From Candidatus Kuenenia stuttgartensis (GTDB lineage: Bacteria; Planctomycetota; Brocadiia; Brocadiales; Brocadiaceae), in the NCBI RefSeq assembly GCF_900232105.1, contig NZ_LT934425.1, forward strand, positions 2,430,001 to 2,462,000: DNA of 32,000 nt, written 5' to 3'. A program made the translations under genes and the position numbers. The notes under the pieces were generated by a model, which saw nothing but the letters and a program-made list of their open reading frames with translations, had not been told where the DNA came from and ran no database searches. This document shows positions 8,679-17,203 of the stretch, piece after piece; the stretch's first letter is position 1, and every line of letters starts with the position of its first letter.

Positions 8679-9469
8679 TTTTTTAAATTAAATCGCATCC
8701 CGTCGCTTGCGGCTATAATGTTGAGTCCTGTTTCCGCTGATAATTGTTCGGCAACCTTGTGGGGGTGAGCCTTGAGCATGGTCATTCCAAAATGATTCAA
8801 TAATGTAGTTTTTGGTTTTAGTGTGGTAACTATTTCTCTGACGTCTCTTATTGTCAGGTGATACAGCCACTTTCTTGTATCGCGGTCAGCGTTATAGCGG
8901 ACAACGTTGATAATCAATGTGTCGCCATTGTAGCACTTCAATAAATCCGGAAAGTAACGGGTATCGACGATGTGTGAAATGGTATATTCAGGGGTAATGA
9001 AATTAATGCCGTATGTTTCACTTGGATGCTGATGTTTAAGTGGTGTTTCAAAGTAGACACCGTCTGACAGTTGATAACGCCCGCCTTCCTTTATGATAAT
9101 TATTTTAGTGATATAGTTTCTTACATAGTGGAAAACAACCGGATCTTCCGTTAATGCATCTTCGGGGGCGTAGAGTGTTCCTCTTTTCTTAAATCCTCCT
9201 TCAGTCATTGCTTCAATCATAACATTCACATCTGCGGCATGATCCAGATGCCTGTGGGAGAGGATAATTGCATCCAGTTGCATCGGGTCCATTTTTGGCC
9301 TGCTTGAAAGGCATCTTACAAGGCATCCAGGACCCGGATCTACCAAAACGTTGAAACCGTGCAATGAATACCAAATGCCCCCTGATGCGCGGAGTTGTTT
9401 CGATACGACAATCCTCGCCCCGGCCGTACCGAGGAATTTTATAAAATCTGTTTGAATGGTCGTTTCCAT
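8675..9469 (-). CDS. MBL-fold metallo-hydrolase
   Basis: 264 aa with the HRHLDH (HxHxDH) zinc-binding motif and the expected downstream His/Asp residues. Confidence 0.85.
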   Translation of the reverse strand: METTIQTDFIKFLGTAGARIVVSKQLRASGGIWYSLHGFNVLVDPGPGCLVRCLSSRPKMDPMQLDAIILSHRHLDHAADVNVMIEAMTEGGFKKRGTLYAPEDALTEDPVVFHYVRNYITKIIIIKEGGRYQLSDGVYFETPLKHQHPSETYGINFITPEYTISHIVDTRYFPDLLKCYNGDTLIINVVRYNADRDTRKWLYHLTIRDVREIVTTLKPKTTLLNHFGMTMLKAHPHKVAEQLSAETGLNIIAASDGMRFNLKK

Positions 9470-9591
9470 AGTATATTTAAGAGAGTTTGTAAAAATATTT
9501 TGTTTCCGATATTTTCATATTATATTATAGGAAGACGTTTTTTGTAGCGTAATGTTGATATATTTTTATTAAATGATAGGAAACGCCTTTT

Positions 9592-11760
9592 TTGTTCATC
9601 AAATCAAATTCAAAACGTACCTCCCTTTTTTCCTGTATTCTTGTCTTAATACCGGTCTTTTCCCTTCTGCTTTATATAAATGCCACTCACGGGAAATTTG
9701 TTTATGATGATTTCAAGGTTATCGTGGACAACGGTTTTATCAAGGACTGGAAGTATTTTCCCGCATTGTTTTCTGCAGATTATTTTATCATTTCAGGGGA
9801 GATGAGTTACCGGCCATTTGTGACCTTTTCTTATTTTGTTGATTATAGCCTCTGGCAGCTCAACCCTTTTGGTTTTCATTTGACAAACGTTTTATTACAT
9901 GCAGTAAATACCACGCTTTTTTATCTTTTCTTCCGCCAGGTGATAAAAAATAAAAAGATACTGTGGCTTTCCACACTTTTTTTTATCACACATCCGATTC
10001 TTACGGAAACAGTAAATGCTATTGGATATCGCGAGGATCTTCTTTCTGCAACATTTATGCTTATCTCTCTCATCTGTTTTGTAAAATCTGACACATTGCT
10101 GTTTGAAAGCAATGGGGAGAAAAGACGTTTTATCATGTATTATTGCCTCTCTCTCCTTACGTATTTTCTTGCGCTTTTTTCAAAAGAAATGGCCATAACC
10201 CTGCCGGCTATTTTATTCTTATTTGTTATCTTTTCAGGCCAAGGCATGCGGCAAGGCATTTTGCGAAGGCTTAAAGGTATTTATATTGGATATTTTGCCG
10301 TTTCACTGTTTTACATCGTGATACGATTTGTAGTATTAAGAAATCCGGCAGTGCAGGCGGAGTATCAGCCTGGGGGATTCTGGCTGAATATTTTTACGAT
10401 GCTTAAGGTGCTGGCATCCTATATCAAGGCGTCTTTCTTTCCGTTTAACCTGAATGCGGACTATGTGGTGCCCCTTGTAAAATCTTCTCTGGAGTGGTCA
10501 GGCATTCTCTCCGTCTTGTTTTTATGTGCCGTTTTTGTCATCCTTGCGAAACTATGCAAAGTGAGGCATTTCTTTGCCTGCTGGATGGCCTGGTTTTTCA
10601 TCACGCTCCTGCCGGTTATGAATATTGTTCCTATCGGAAATATTATGGCGGAAAGATATCTGTATCTTCCCGTTATGGGCTTTTGTGTGGTAAAGGGGAT
10701 ACTTATCTACCGTATTACCGATACAACGCTGTCTTCCCGTGCTATTCCTTTAAGAAAAGTGGTGCAACTGGTCATCATAATTTTTATGGTAGGCAGCAAT
10801 GGCTTTTCTATTATAAGGAAAAACGGAGACTGGCGGGATGAATTTTCATTGTGGACAAAGACCCTGGTAAGGTCTCCGCAAAGCCATCGTGCGCATTGCA
10901 ATCTTGGAAACGTTTATTTGGAAAAGGGGAATATTGAACGGGCCCAAAAGGAATATCAGGCCGCATTGCTCTGCAATGCTGAAGACGCCAGCATACACAG
11001 CAATCTTGGCATAGTATATACGAAACAGGGATTAGAACAAAAGGCAGAGGCAGAATACATAGAGGCAATCCGGCTTGACAGATATTACGCGCAGCCGCAC
11101 AACAATCTAGGCAATATTTATTACAACCGGGGGCAGCTTGATAAGGCAAAGGAGGAATATCTTGAGGCGCTCAGGATAAAACCGGATTATTCGCATGCGC
11201 ACAATGGGCTTGGCAGTGTTTACAATTCAATGGAAAAGCTTGATGAAGCCCTTGAGGAGTTTCGAGAATCCCTTCTGTACGACAGCAAATATATCCTTGC
11301 CATAAATAATGTAGGGGTAAACTATGCAAAGCGGGGGAAGATGCATGATGCTATTGAGTATTTTGAAAAAGCGGTTGCGTTAAACCAAAATCAGCCGCAG
11401 AGTTATTACAATCTTGGCTTTGCTTATGAAAACCTGGAAGAGGGAGAAAGGGCTGTTCAGGCATACCGCAGGGCGGTTCAGTTAGACCCGGACAATTTTA
11501 ATGCCCTCCTTGCGCTGGGCAATCTTTGCTACAGGATGGGTATGGCCGATGATGCGATAAACGTATTTCAACATATGATTGTTCGTTACCCCGGTGAGGT
11601 AAATGCTTATAAAAGGCTTGTATTTTTGTATCTTGTCAATAAGCGGGATGCCGAAAAATCAAAAAGTTATTTACTGGAACTCTTAAAAATAGACCCCGGC
11701 CAGGCCGCGCGGGAGGACATGAAGCAGGTTATCGAGTATTTTAAGCTGTCGGGAGAGTAA
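9592..11760 (+). CDS. Membrane protein with an N-terminal GT-C/PMT-like (DUF1736-type) multi-pass domain fused to C-terminal TPR repeats
   Basis: 722 aa. About 10 hydrophobic helices in the first ~430 aa with an early YDD motif. These are followed by about 8 canonical 34-aa TPR units (...AHCNLGNVYLEKGNIERAQKEYQAAL...). TTG start per the ORF track. Confidence 0.85.
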   Translation: MFIKSNSKRTSLFSCILVLIPVFSLLLYINATHGKFVYDDFKVIVDNGFIKDWKYFPALFSADYFIISGEMSYRPFVTFSYFVDYSLWQLNPFGFHLTNVLLHAVNTTLFYLFFRQVIKNKKILWLSTLFFITHPILTETVNAIGYREDLLSATFMLISLICFVKSDTLLFESNGEKRRFIMYYCLSLLTYFLALFSKEMAITLPAILFLFVIFSGQGMRQGILRRLKGIYIGYFAVSLFYIVIRFVVLRNPAVQAEYQPGGFWLNIFTMLKVLASYIKASFFPFNLNADYVVPLVKSSLEWSGILSVLFLCAVFVILAKLCKVRHFFACWMAWFFITLLPVMNIVPIGNIMAERYLYLPVMGFCVVKGILIYRITDTTLSSRAIPLRKVVQLVIIIFMVGSNGFSIIRKNGDWRDEFSLWTKTLVRSPQSHRAHCNLGNVYLEKGNIERAQKEYQAALLCNAEDASIHSNLGIVYTKQGLEQKAEAEYIEAIRLDRYYAQPHNNLGNIYYNRGQLDKAKEEYLEALRIKPDYSHAHNGLGSVYNSMEKLDEALEEFRESLLYDSKYILAINNVGVNYAKRGKMHDAIEYFEKAVALNQNQPQSYYNLGFAYENLEEGERAVQAYRRAVQLDPDNFNALLALGNLCYRMGMADDAINVFQHMIVRYPGEVNAYKRLVFLYLVNKRDAEKSKSYLLELLKIDPGQAAREDMKQVIEYFKLSGE

Positions 11761-11765
11761 GCGTG

Positions 11766-11815
11766 CAGTCCGGCAATCGGCAAATTGCAGATTGTAGACT
11801 GCTGATTGCCGACTG
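11766..11815. repeat. Imperfect hairpin built from CGGCAATC / GCAGATTG word repeats (related copy at 12833-12885)
   Basis: CAGTCCGGCAATC ... GATTGCCGACTG starts 6 nt after the stop of the TPR gene. The same words recur inside the loop of the 12797-12929 hairpin element. Confidence 0.6.
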
Positions 11816-11851
11816 GAAACTGTAGACTGTGAATGGGTTGGAAAGTAAAAG

Positions 11852-11925
<74 letters not shown>

Positions 11926-11995
11926 CTTTATTGATGTTTGGAATTATACCACAAATTACTACCATTTCAATTTCAAATTTATAGTCAAACAAATC

Positions 11996-12620
11996 GTAAC
12001 TATTCAGCGTAAACATTACACGACTCCTGGCGGGTTCAGGTTTGTAACCTGAACCTATGAGTTTATGCGTATAATGGGGCCATGTACTGTGGTAAAATGC
12101 CAATTCCCAAATCACAAAATCCCTGTTTGGAATCTGGAATTTATTTGTCATTTGTTCTGCTAATAGAAGGCTGGATTGAAAGTATAAAACGTTTGGTTAA
12201 GGTTACAAACCAATGTCATTAAGTTAAGCAACCTGCCTGAAGAGCCTAAAAAACAATGTAGCCCCTTTAGGGGCGGTCTGTTTGTAGCGCAATAAAATTC
12301 AACAGGTAAATAGCTCCATAGGAGCGGCCTGTATATGATTGACAGGAAGACAGGCCGCTCCTGACGGAGCTAATATCTGTTATGGTATCCTATCTACTAC
12401 TACAAACAGGTTGCTCCTACGGAGCTTATCGGTAATACGTTTTTTTTAAACCAAAGTGTTACAATAATTCTTAACTTAATGACATTGGGTTACAAACCTT
12501 AACCCGCGAATGTAGTTTCCCTTGCCATTACGTTCCCAAACAGATACTTCACTATGTTCAGTACAAGGTTTGAGAACGAGTTGTGCTTCGATAGTTTAAT
12601 AGATTACGCTGAATAGTTAC
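11996..12620. mobile_element. 625-bp non-coding element with perfect 17-bp terminal inverted repeats (GTAACTATTCAGCGTAA) and an 8-bp target-site duplication (AACAAATC); carries nested inner repeats
   Basis: TIRs at 11996-12012 and 12604-12620. AACAAATC occurs at 11988-11995 and 12621-12628. Inside is a 34-bp inverted pair (12196-12229 / 12470-12505) that brackets a truncated copy of the 300-bp MITE (12256-12462). No credible ORF. Confidence 0.75.
12256..12462 (+). mobile_element. Truncated/deleted copy (copy A) of the 300-bp hairpin-unit MITE; right terminus present, left terminus and central hairpin missing
   Basis: Aligns by eye to 16752-17007 (ATGTAGCCCC.TTAGGGGCGGTCTGTTTGTAG ... GGAGCTTAT.GGTAATAC...AAAGTGTTAC) with an internal deletion. 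Confidence 0.7.
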
Positions 12621-12744
12621 AACAAATCATGGTATTAGAAAGATGAATAATTAAGTATTATTGTGGTGGATTCGGTGCAAAAAAGCCGCATCTTAATCCA
12701 CCCTGGATGTTTGAAGCACCAAGAATGGAACAAGGAAAAGATGC

Positions 12745-12774
12745 TTGTATAAAATAATTGCTTACTGGTATAAT
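12745..12774 (+). promoter_or_regulatory. Candidate sigma70-type promoter (TTGTAT-N18-TATAAT) facing metF
   Basis: -35-like TTGTAT at 12745-12750 and a perfect TATAAT at 12769-12774. This is sequence pattern only. The 133-bp hairpin element would lie in the leader. Confidence 0.25.
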
Positions 12775-12796
12775 CTCAAAGTTTTACAGTGGAAAA

Positions 12797-12929
12797 GTAA
12801 CTTCTCAATAAGTTGAGGCAAAGAACTCTCTTACAGTCGGCAATCTGCAATCTACGATCGGCAAACTGCAGATTGCAGACTGTGGAAGGTAGAAATTATT
12901 ATAAAAACCTCAACTTATTGAGAAGTTAC
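12797..12929. mobile_element. 133-bp hairpin element with perfect 22-bp terminal inverted repeats (GTAACTTCTCAATAAGTTGAGG)
   Basis: Arms at 12797-12818 and 12908-12929 are exact reverse complements. The flanks GTGGAAAA / (C)GTGAAAA look like a degraded 8-bp duplication. The loop contains CGGCAATC/GCAGATTG word repeats. A solo right end (33/38 identical) lies at 24494-24531. Confidence 0.65.
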
Positions 12930-12991
12930 CGTGAAAACAATTACGCCCTGGCAATGTTTTTGTAAATAGGTATTGTTAACTATATTAGGAA

Positions 12992-13933
12992 ATGAGCGAA
13001 ACCATGAAATCTGGAAGCAATCTGGAGAAATTACTTCGTGACGGAAAATTTGCAGTAACAGCGGAACTCGGCCCTCCAAGGGGTGCGGACAGAACGGTAA
13101 TTGAAAAAAAAGCGGTGATGCTGAAGGGATATGGCGATGCCTTTAACATTACCGATTGCCAAACCGCCGTGGTAAGGATGTCAAGCATCGCTGCAGGCAG
13201 AATTGTGCTTGATTCGGGTGTGGAACCCATTGTTCAGATGACATGCCGGGATAGAAACCGTATTGCCATACAGAGCGATCTTTTGGGCGCTGCGGCTTTG
13301 GGGGCAAAAAACGTGCTTTGCCTCACGGGAGACCATCAGAAATTTGGCGACCATCCGATGGCAAAAGGCGTATTTGACATTGATTCCATTCAACTTATTC
13401 AAATCGTAAAAGCACTTAGGGACGAAAGGTTATCCCAGTGCGGACAGGAATTGAAGGCGGGGAGTCCCGCGTTTTTTATTGGTGCAGCGGAGAACCCATT
13501 TGCAGACCCTTTTAAATATCGTGCGGCGAGACTTGGTAAAAAAATTAAGGCAGGTGCGGATTTTATTCAGACTCAAATTATCTACAACGTAAACAAATTT
13601 AAAGAATGGATGAAAATGGTTACTGATATGGGACTTCACGAAAAGACCTATATACTTGCCGGTGTAGCGCCCCTCAAATCAAAGGGCATGGCAAAGCATA
13701 TGAAATATAACGTACCCGGCATGGATGTGCCTGATGAAGTTATGGAGCGCATGGACGCTGCTGCTGAAGCGAAAAGAGGGAAAGAAGAAGGGATAAAGAT
13801 TTGTCTGGAAGTAATTGAGCAGGTGAGAGAGATAAAAGGCGTTGCAGGTATTCATATTATGGCCGTTGAGTGGGAAGAAGCGGTGCCTGAAATTGTAAGG
13901 CAGGCAGGATTGTATCCGAGGCCTTCAGTATAA
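12992..13933 (+). CDS. metF: Methylenetetrahydrofolate reductase (MetF, anaerobe/Wood-Ljungdahl type)
   Basis: 313 aa. N-terminus ...LEKLLRDGKFAVTAELGPPRGAD, then ...NITDCQTA... and CLTGDH... motifs typical of the MTHFR TIM barrel. An alternative ATG lies at 13004. Confidence 0.88.
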   Translation: MSETMKSGSNLEKLLRDGKFAVTAELGPPRGADRTVIEKKAVMLKGYGDAFNITDCQTAVVRMSSIAAGRIVLDSGVEPIVQMTCRDRNRIAIQSDLLGAAALGAKNVLCLTGDHQKFGDHPMAKGVFDIDSIQLIQIVKALRDERLSQCGQELKAGSPAFFIGAAENPFADPFKYRAARLGKKIKAGADFIQTQIIYNVNKFKEWMKMVTDMGLHEKTYILAGVAPLKSKGMAKHMKYNVPGMDVPDEVMERMDAAAEAKRGKEEGIKICLEVIEQVREIKGVAGIHIMAVEWEEAVPEIVRQAGLYPRPSV

Positions 13934-14511
13934 ACACACGCTGTCAAGCAAGAGTACATCCGATGTTTAACAACCTTCTCAAACATAGAAACAATCAGGA
14001 TGTTTAAGCCGTGCTTGACGGAAAGGCGTTTTTTTATTAAATAGCAATCTTCCCACTCTTTCCGTAATTCATCCGCCTTCGTACGATCAATCGCGAGGGC
14101 GCCTACATCATACATAACTCCCGTTATATCAGAACACTCGATGACCCTTCGTACCTCTGCATAAATTTGCTTTTGTGTTCTCTTGTACAAAAGATTGTCA
14201 TCCACGTTGTTTGTTTTCTTTGCTGTGTAATACACCGTTCTCTGTATGTCTGTGCCGTCTTGTGCCTGTTGGATTTTATATGACAAATAAAAGGTGATTA
14301 TTAGTATTGTAGAAGGGATAAAGGGTCTTTTGGAGGTAAAATGTATTCCATGTTTAGAAATGTCTTTTATGAGAATGGGGACCTCTTCATGCATAAAATC
14401 GATTTGATCCCTTCTTACTGCAGAACAGAAACCTTCCGTGTCTAAAACAAACCTCTCCTCTGTGCGCTTCTGTCTGGCGTTTGTTCCTTCTTCAGGTTGG
14501 AAGAAGATCAC
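13852..14511 (-). CDS. PilZ-domain protein (putative c-di-GMP receptor)
   Basis: RTEER (RxxxR) is followed 29 aa later by DISKHG (DxSxxG), the bipartite PilZ signature. GTG start per the track. The 3' end overlaps the convergent metF by 82 nt. A possible N-terminal extension is described in the findings. Confidence 0.6.
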   Translation of the reverse strand: MIFFQPEEGTNARQKRTEERFVLDTEGFCSAVRRDQIDFMHEEVPILIKDISKHGIHFTSKRPFIPSTILIITFYLSYKIQQAQDGTDIQRTVYYTAKKTNNVDDNLLYKRTQKQIYAEVRRVIECSDITGVMYDVGALAIDRTKADELRKEWEDCYLIKKRLSVKHGLNILIVSMFEKVVKHRMYSCLTACVYTEGLGYNPACLTISGTASSHSTAII

Positions 14512-14846
14512 AGGGTTTTCATCGTCCTCAAAAGATCCTTGTTTTGTTTCCGGCGCCTTCCTTTTAAGCCCTTTTTGCCTCTTTTTTTCTTCCTGAATTA
14601 ATCTGGCGATTATGCTTTTCGCCTCTTGAAGCTCTTACATGGATAATTCCGAAAGAGTTTCTTTCCATGATTTTTGCATACTGTATGCCGCCGTAAAAAA
14701 AAGGAGATAATAGTTTCAATGCATTTTTGAAGGATAAGGTGAATGATAAAAAGATGATTTGTTCGCTCAAATCTATTTTTATGCGATGGTCGGCAATGAT
14801 TCAACAAATGTGTAGCTTGTGTATTACAGAAGACATTGTTGCGCTT

Positions 14847-15350
14847 CTATGCCGCGCACTCTTTCAAAAGAATCATTTGTTTTGCCAGTAAATGAAGGTG
14901 GGTTTTTTCTTCGTTTAATAATTGTTCAAAGGCTTTCCGTCCGTCATCGTTTTTTGTATGCTGTATTGCTTCGCGGTAGTAGAGGATTGCATCCTTCTCT
15001 GCTTGTATGCCGATTTTTAAAGCGTCAACATCGCTTTTTATCTGCAAGGCAAGTTCTTTTGCCGAGTCTTTCCTGGTAAAGACACCTGTATCCACAAGGT
15101 GCTTCAAATATTCATCTGCCGTGTAATCCTCGCCGGCGTATATTTGTTCCTGTGGCGAAGGCAAAGAATCATAAATCCTCTGGAAGGTATCCATATGATC
15201 TTCTTCGTCCTGCGCGAGCTTTGCAAAGATTTCTTTTACCCTTGAGTCTTTTGCGTTTTCTGCCAGGGTAGTATAAAAAACCTTGCCTTCTTTTTCCATG
15301 TTTATTGCGATTCGAAGGACTTCATGGTCATTAAAGTTTTCGAACTCCAT
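14847..15350 (-). CDS. Ferritin-like/rubrerythrin-family diiron protein (no rubredoxin domain)
   Basis: 167 aa four-helix-bundle pattern with two E...ExxH pairs (...EKEG...QDEEDH... and ...AEKDA...NEEKTH...). Confidence 0.8.
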   Translation of the reverse strand: MEFENFNDHEVLRIAINMEKEGKVFYTTLAENAKDSRVKEIFAKLAQDEEDHMDTFQRIYDSLPSPQEQIYAGEDYTADEYLKHLVDTGVFTRKDSAKELALQIKSDVDALKIGIQAEKDAILYYREAIQHTKNDDGRKAFEQLLNEEKTHLHLLAKQMILLKECAA

Positions 15351-15383
15351 TGTAATAACACCTTTCTTTTGTAGTTATAAAAG

Positions 15384-16643
15384 TTACGGATACAATCCCC
15401 TCACGGTAAAAACGTCAGCGACTTTTTTAATTGCCAGCATCATGGCAGAGGTGCGTAGGGAATATTTGTTTTTTTGTGCGAAAGCATAAACGTCATTAAA
15501 TGATCTTTCAAGAAGTATTTTAAGTTTGGCGTTTACCTCGTTTTTGCACCAGAAATAACATTGCGCATCCTGCACCCACTCGAAATAGGAAACAATCACA
15601 CCCCCCGCATTTGCAAGGATGTCCGGTACGATCTTTATTTTCCTGCCGGAGAGTATTTCGTCCGCCTCCGGGGTTGTAGGGCCATTTGCACCCTCTACGA
15701 TCAGTTTTGCCTTTATTTTACCGGCATTCTTCTTTGTGATCTGGCCTCCCATTGCTGCGGGAATCAGCACGTCACAGGGTAGTTCCAGTAATTCAGCGTT
15801 CGTAATATTTTCTGCAAGGGGAAAATACCGGAATCCTCCGGTTTTTCTGTAATGTTCTATAATAGCGTTATGAGACAACCCCCCCGGGTTGTATATTCCA
15901 CCGGTTGAACTGCTGACAGCTACTATCTTACACCCCATTTCTTCTAAAAATTTTCCCGCGGCAGACCCGACATTGCCATATCCCTGTATGACTACGTTGA
16001 GGCCCTTTAGTGTTTTTTTGTTTTGACGCACCGCGCTTGCGGCAATATAGGCAACGCCAAGCCCCGTTGCATCTGCCCTGCCCAGAGAGCCCCCAATATT
16101 CAATGGTTTCCCCGTGACGATGCCGGGGGAACAAAAGCCTTTATTCATGCTGTAGGTGTCCATGATCCATGCCATGATTTGCTCGTTTGTATTGACGTCC
16201 GGCGCGGGAATATCGATGTCTGGCCCGATGATTGGCTGAATAGCATACGTATAGCGCCGGGTAATTCTTTCAAGTTCGCCGCGTGAGAGTTTTTTGGGGT
16301 CGCAAACGACGCCTCCTTTTGCTCCGCCAAAAGGAATATCCACTAGGGAACACTTCCATGTCATTTCCATTGCCAGTGCCTTTAAGTCGTCCAAAGTAAG
16401 GTCCGGATGATACCGTATGCCTCCCTTATAAGGCCCTTTGGCAGAACAATGCTGAACCCGGAATCCTTCAAACGAAGCTGTTGATCCGTTATCCATCCGA
16501 ACTGGAACAGACACGGTAAGGATTCGGGAAAAATGTTTCAATATCTGATGAATATCCTCCGGGAGGTTCATCCGCTTCGAGACATTATTGAATTGTGTTA
16601 GCGCCGTTTGCCACGGGCTATTCTCTTCCATCTTTTCCGGCAT
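15384..16643 (-). CDS. gdhA: Glutamate dehydrogenase (Glu/Leu/Phe/Val dehydrogenase family)
   Basis: 419 aa. KGGIRYHP..., the catalytic-Lys region PFGGAKGG and the GYGNVG Rossmann motif. Confidence 0.93.
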   Translation of the reverse strand: MPEKMEENSPWQTALTQFNNVSKRMNLPEDIHQILKHFSRILTVSVPVRMDNGSTASFEGFRVQHCSAKGPYKGGIRYHPDLTLDDLKALAMEMTWKCSLVDIPFGGAKGGVVCDPKKLSRGELERITRRYTYAIQPIIGPDIDIPAPDVNTNEQIMAWIMDTYSMNKGFCSPGIVTGKPLNIGGSLGRADATGLGVAYIAASAVRQNKKTLKGLNVVIQGYGNVGSAAGKFLEEMGCKIVAVSSSTGGIYNPGGLSHNAIIEHYRKTGGFRYFPLAENITNAELLELPCDVLIPAAMGGQITKKNAGKIKAKLIVEGANGPTTPEADEILSGRKIKIVPDILANAGGVIVSYFEWVQDAQCYFWCKNEVNAKLKILLERSFNDVYAFAQKNKYSLRTSAMMLAIKKVADVFTVRGLYP

Positions 16644-16704
16644 TTTAGAATATCTTTATTAAGGGATTTGGAATTTTCCAGTAATTTCAAAAAACTAAAG
16701 TGTG

Positions 16705-17007
16705 GTAACATTTTAGCTTTTTGGAAAATTCACGGGATAGAAAAAATACCATGTAGCCCCGTTAGGGGCGGTCTGTTTGTAGTAGCACAATAAAATTCAA
16801 TAGAGTAAATAGCTCCGTAGGAGCGGCCTGTCTGTATTCAGGTAGACCTGTTTATATGGATTTACAAGAGACAGGTCGCTCCTAATTGTAGTAGAGACAG
16901 GTTTCAAACCTGTCTCTACGATCTGTTACAATATCCTATTTTGATACAAACAGGCTGCTCCTGCGGAGCTTATAGGTAATACATTTTTCAAAAAACTAAA
17001 GTGTTAC
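16705..17007 (+). mobile_element. 303-bp MITE (copy B) with GTAAC...GTTAC termini, about 25-bp TIRs, an internal array of hairpin units and an 8-bp TSD (AAAGTGTG)
   Basis: AAAGTGTG occurs at 16697-16704 and 17008-17015. About 90% identical by eye to the reverse complement of 27996-28294. No ORF. It is preceded by a solo terminus (16687-16704), into which it appears to have inserted. Confidence 0.8.
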
Positions 17008-17087
17008 AAAGTGTGACGAAATTTCTTTGCACACTTCCATTCGTCAGTGCATGCTTTCTGGCAAAATATTTAATGGTGAAATCCGAA

Positions 17088-17190
17088 AATGCTAAATTTC
17101 AATCCTAATCCTCCCCCATGCCCCTTTCCAATGGGAGAAAATGTCCCCCGCTGGCGGGGGTGCAGGGGGTGGATTCGTATTTCGTATTTC
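17088..17190. repeat. G/C-run palindromic repeat (ATGCTAAATTTCAATCCTAATCCTCCCCC...GGGGGTGGATT...), same family as 22654-22794
   Basis: The first 36 nt are near-identical to the reverse complement of 22758-22794. Contains the CCCCCGCTGGCGGGGG hairpin. Confidence 0.75.
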
Positions 17191-17203
17191 ACAATTAAAG
17201 TTA

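Noticed and set aside
12256-12462. Repeated GCTCC-NNN-GGAGC / GGCCTGT hairpin units (also 16750-16980 and 28030-28250) as a possible CRISPR array.
   Set aside because: The units alternate in orientation and are irregularly spaced. They have no unique spacers of constant length, and the whole block recurs as one element with TIRs and TSDs. There are no cas genes.
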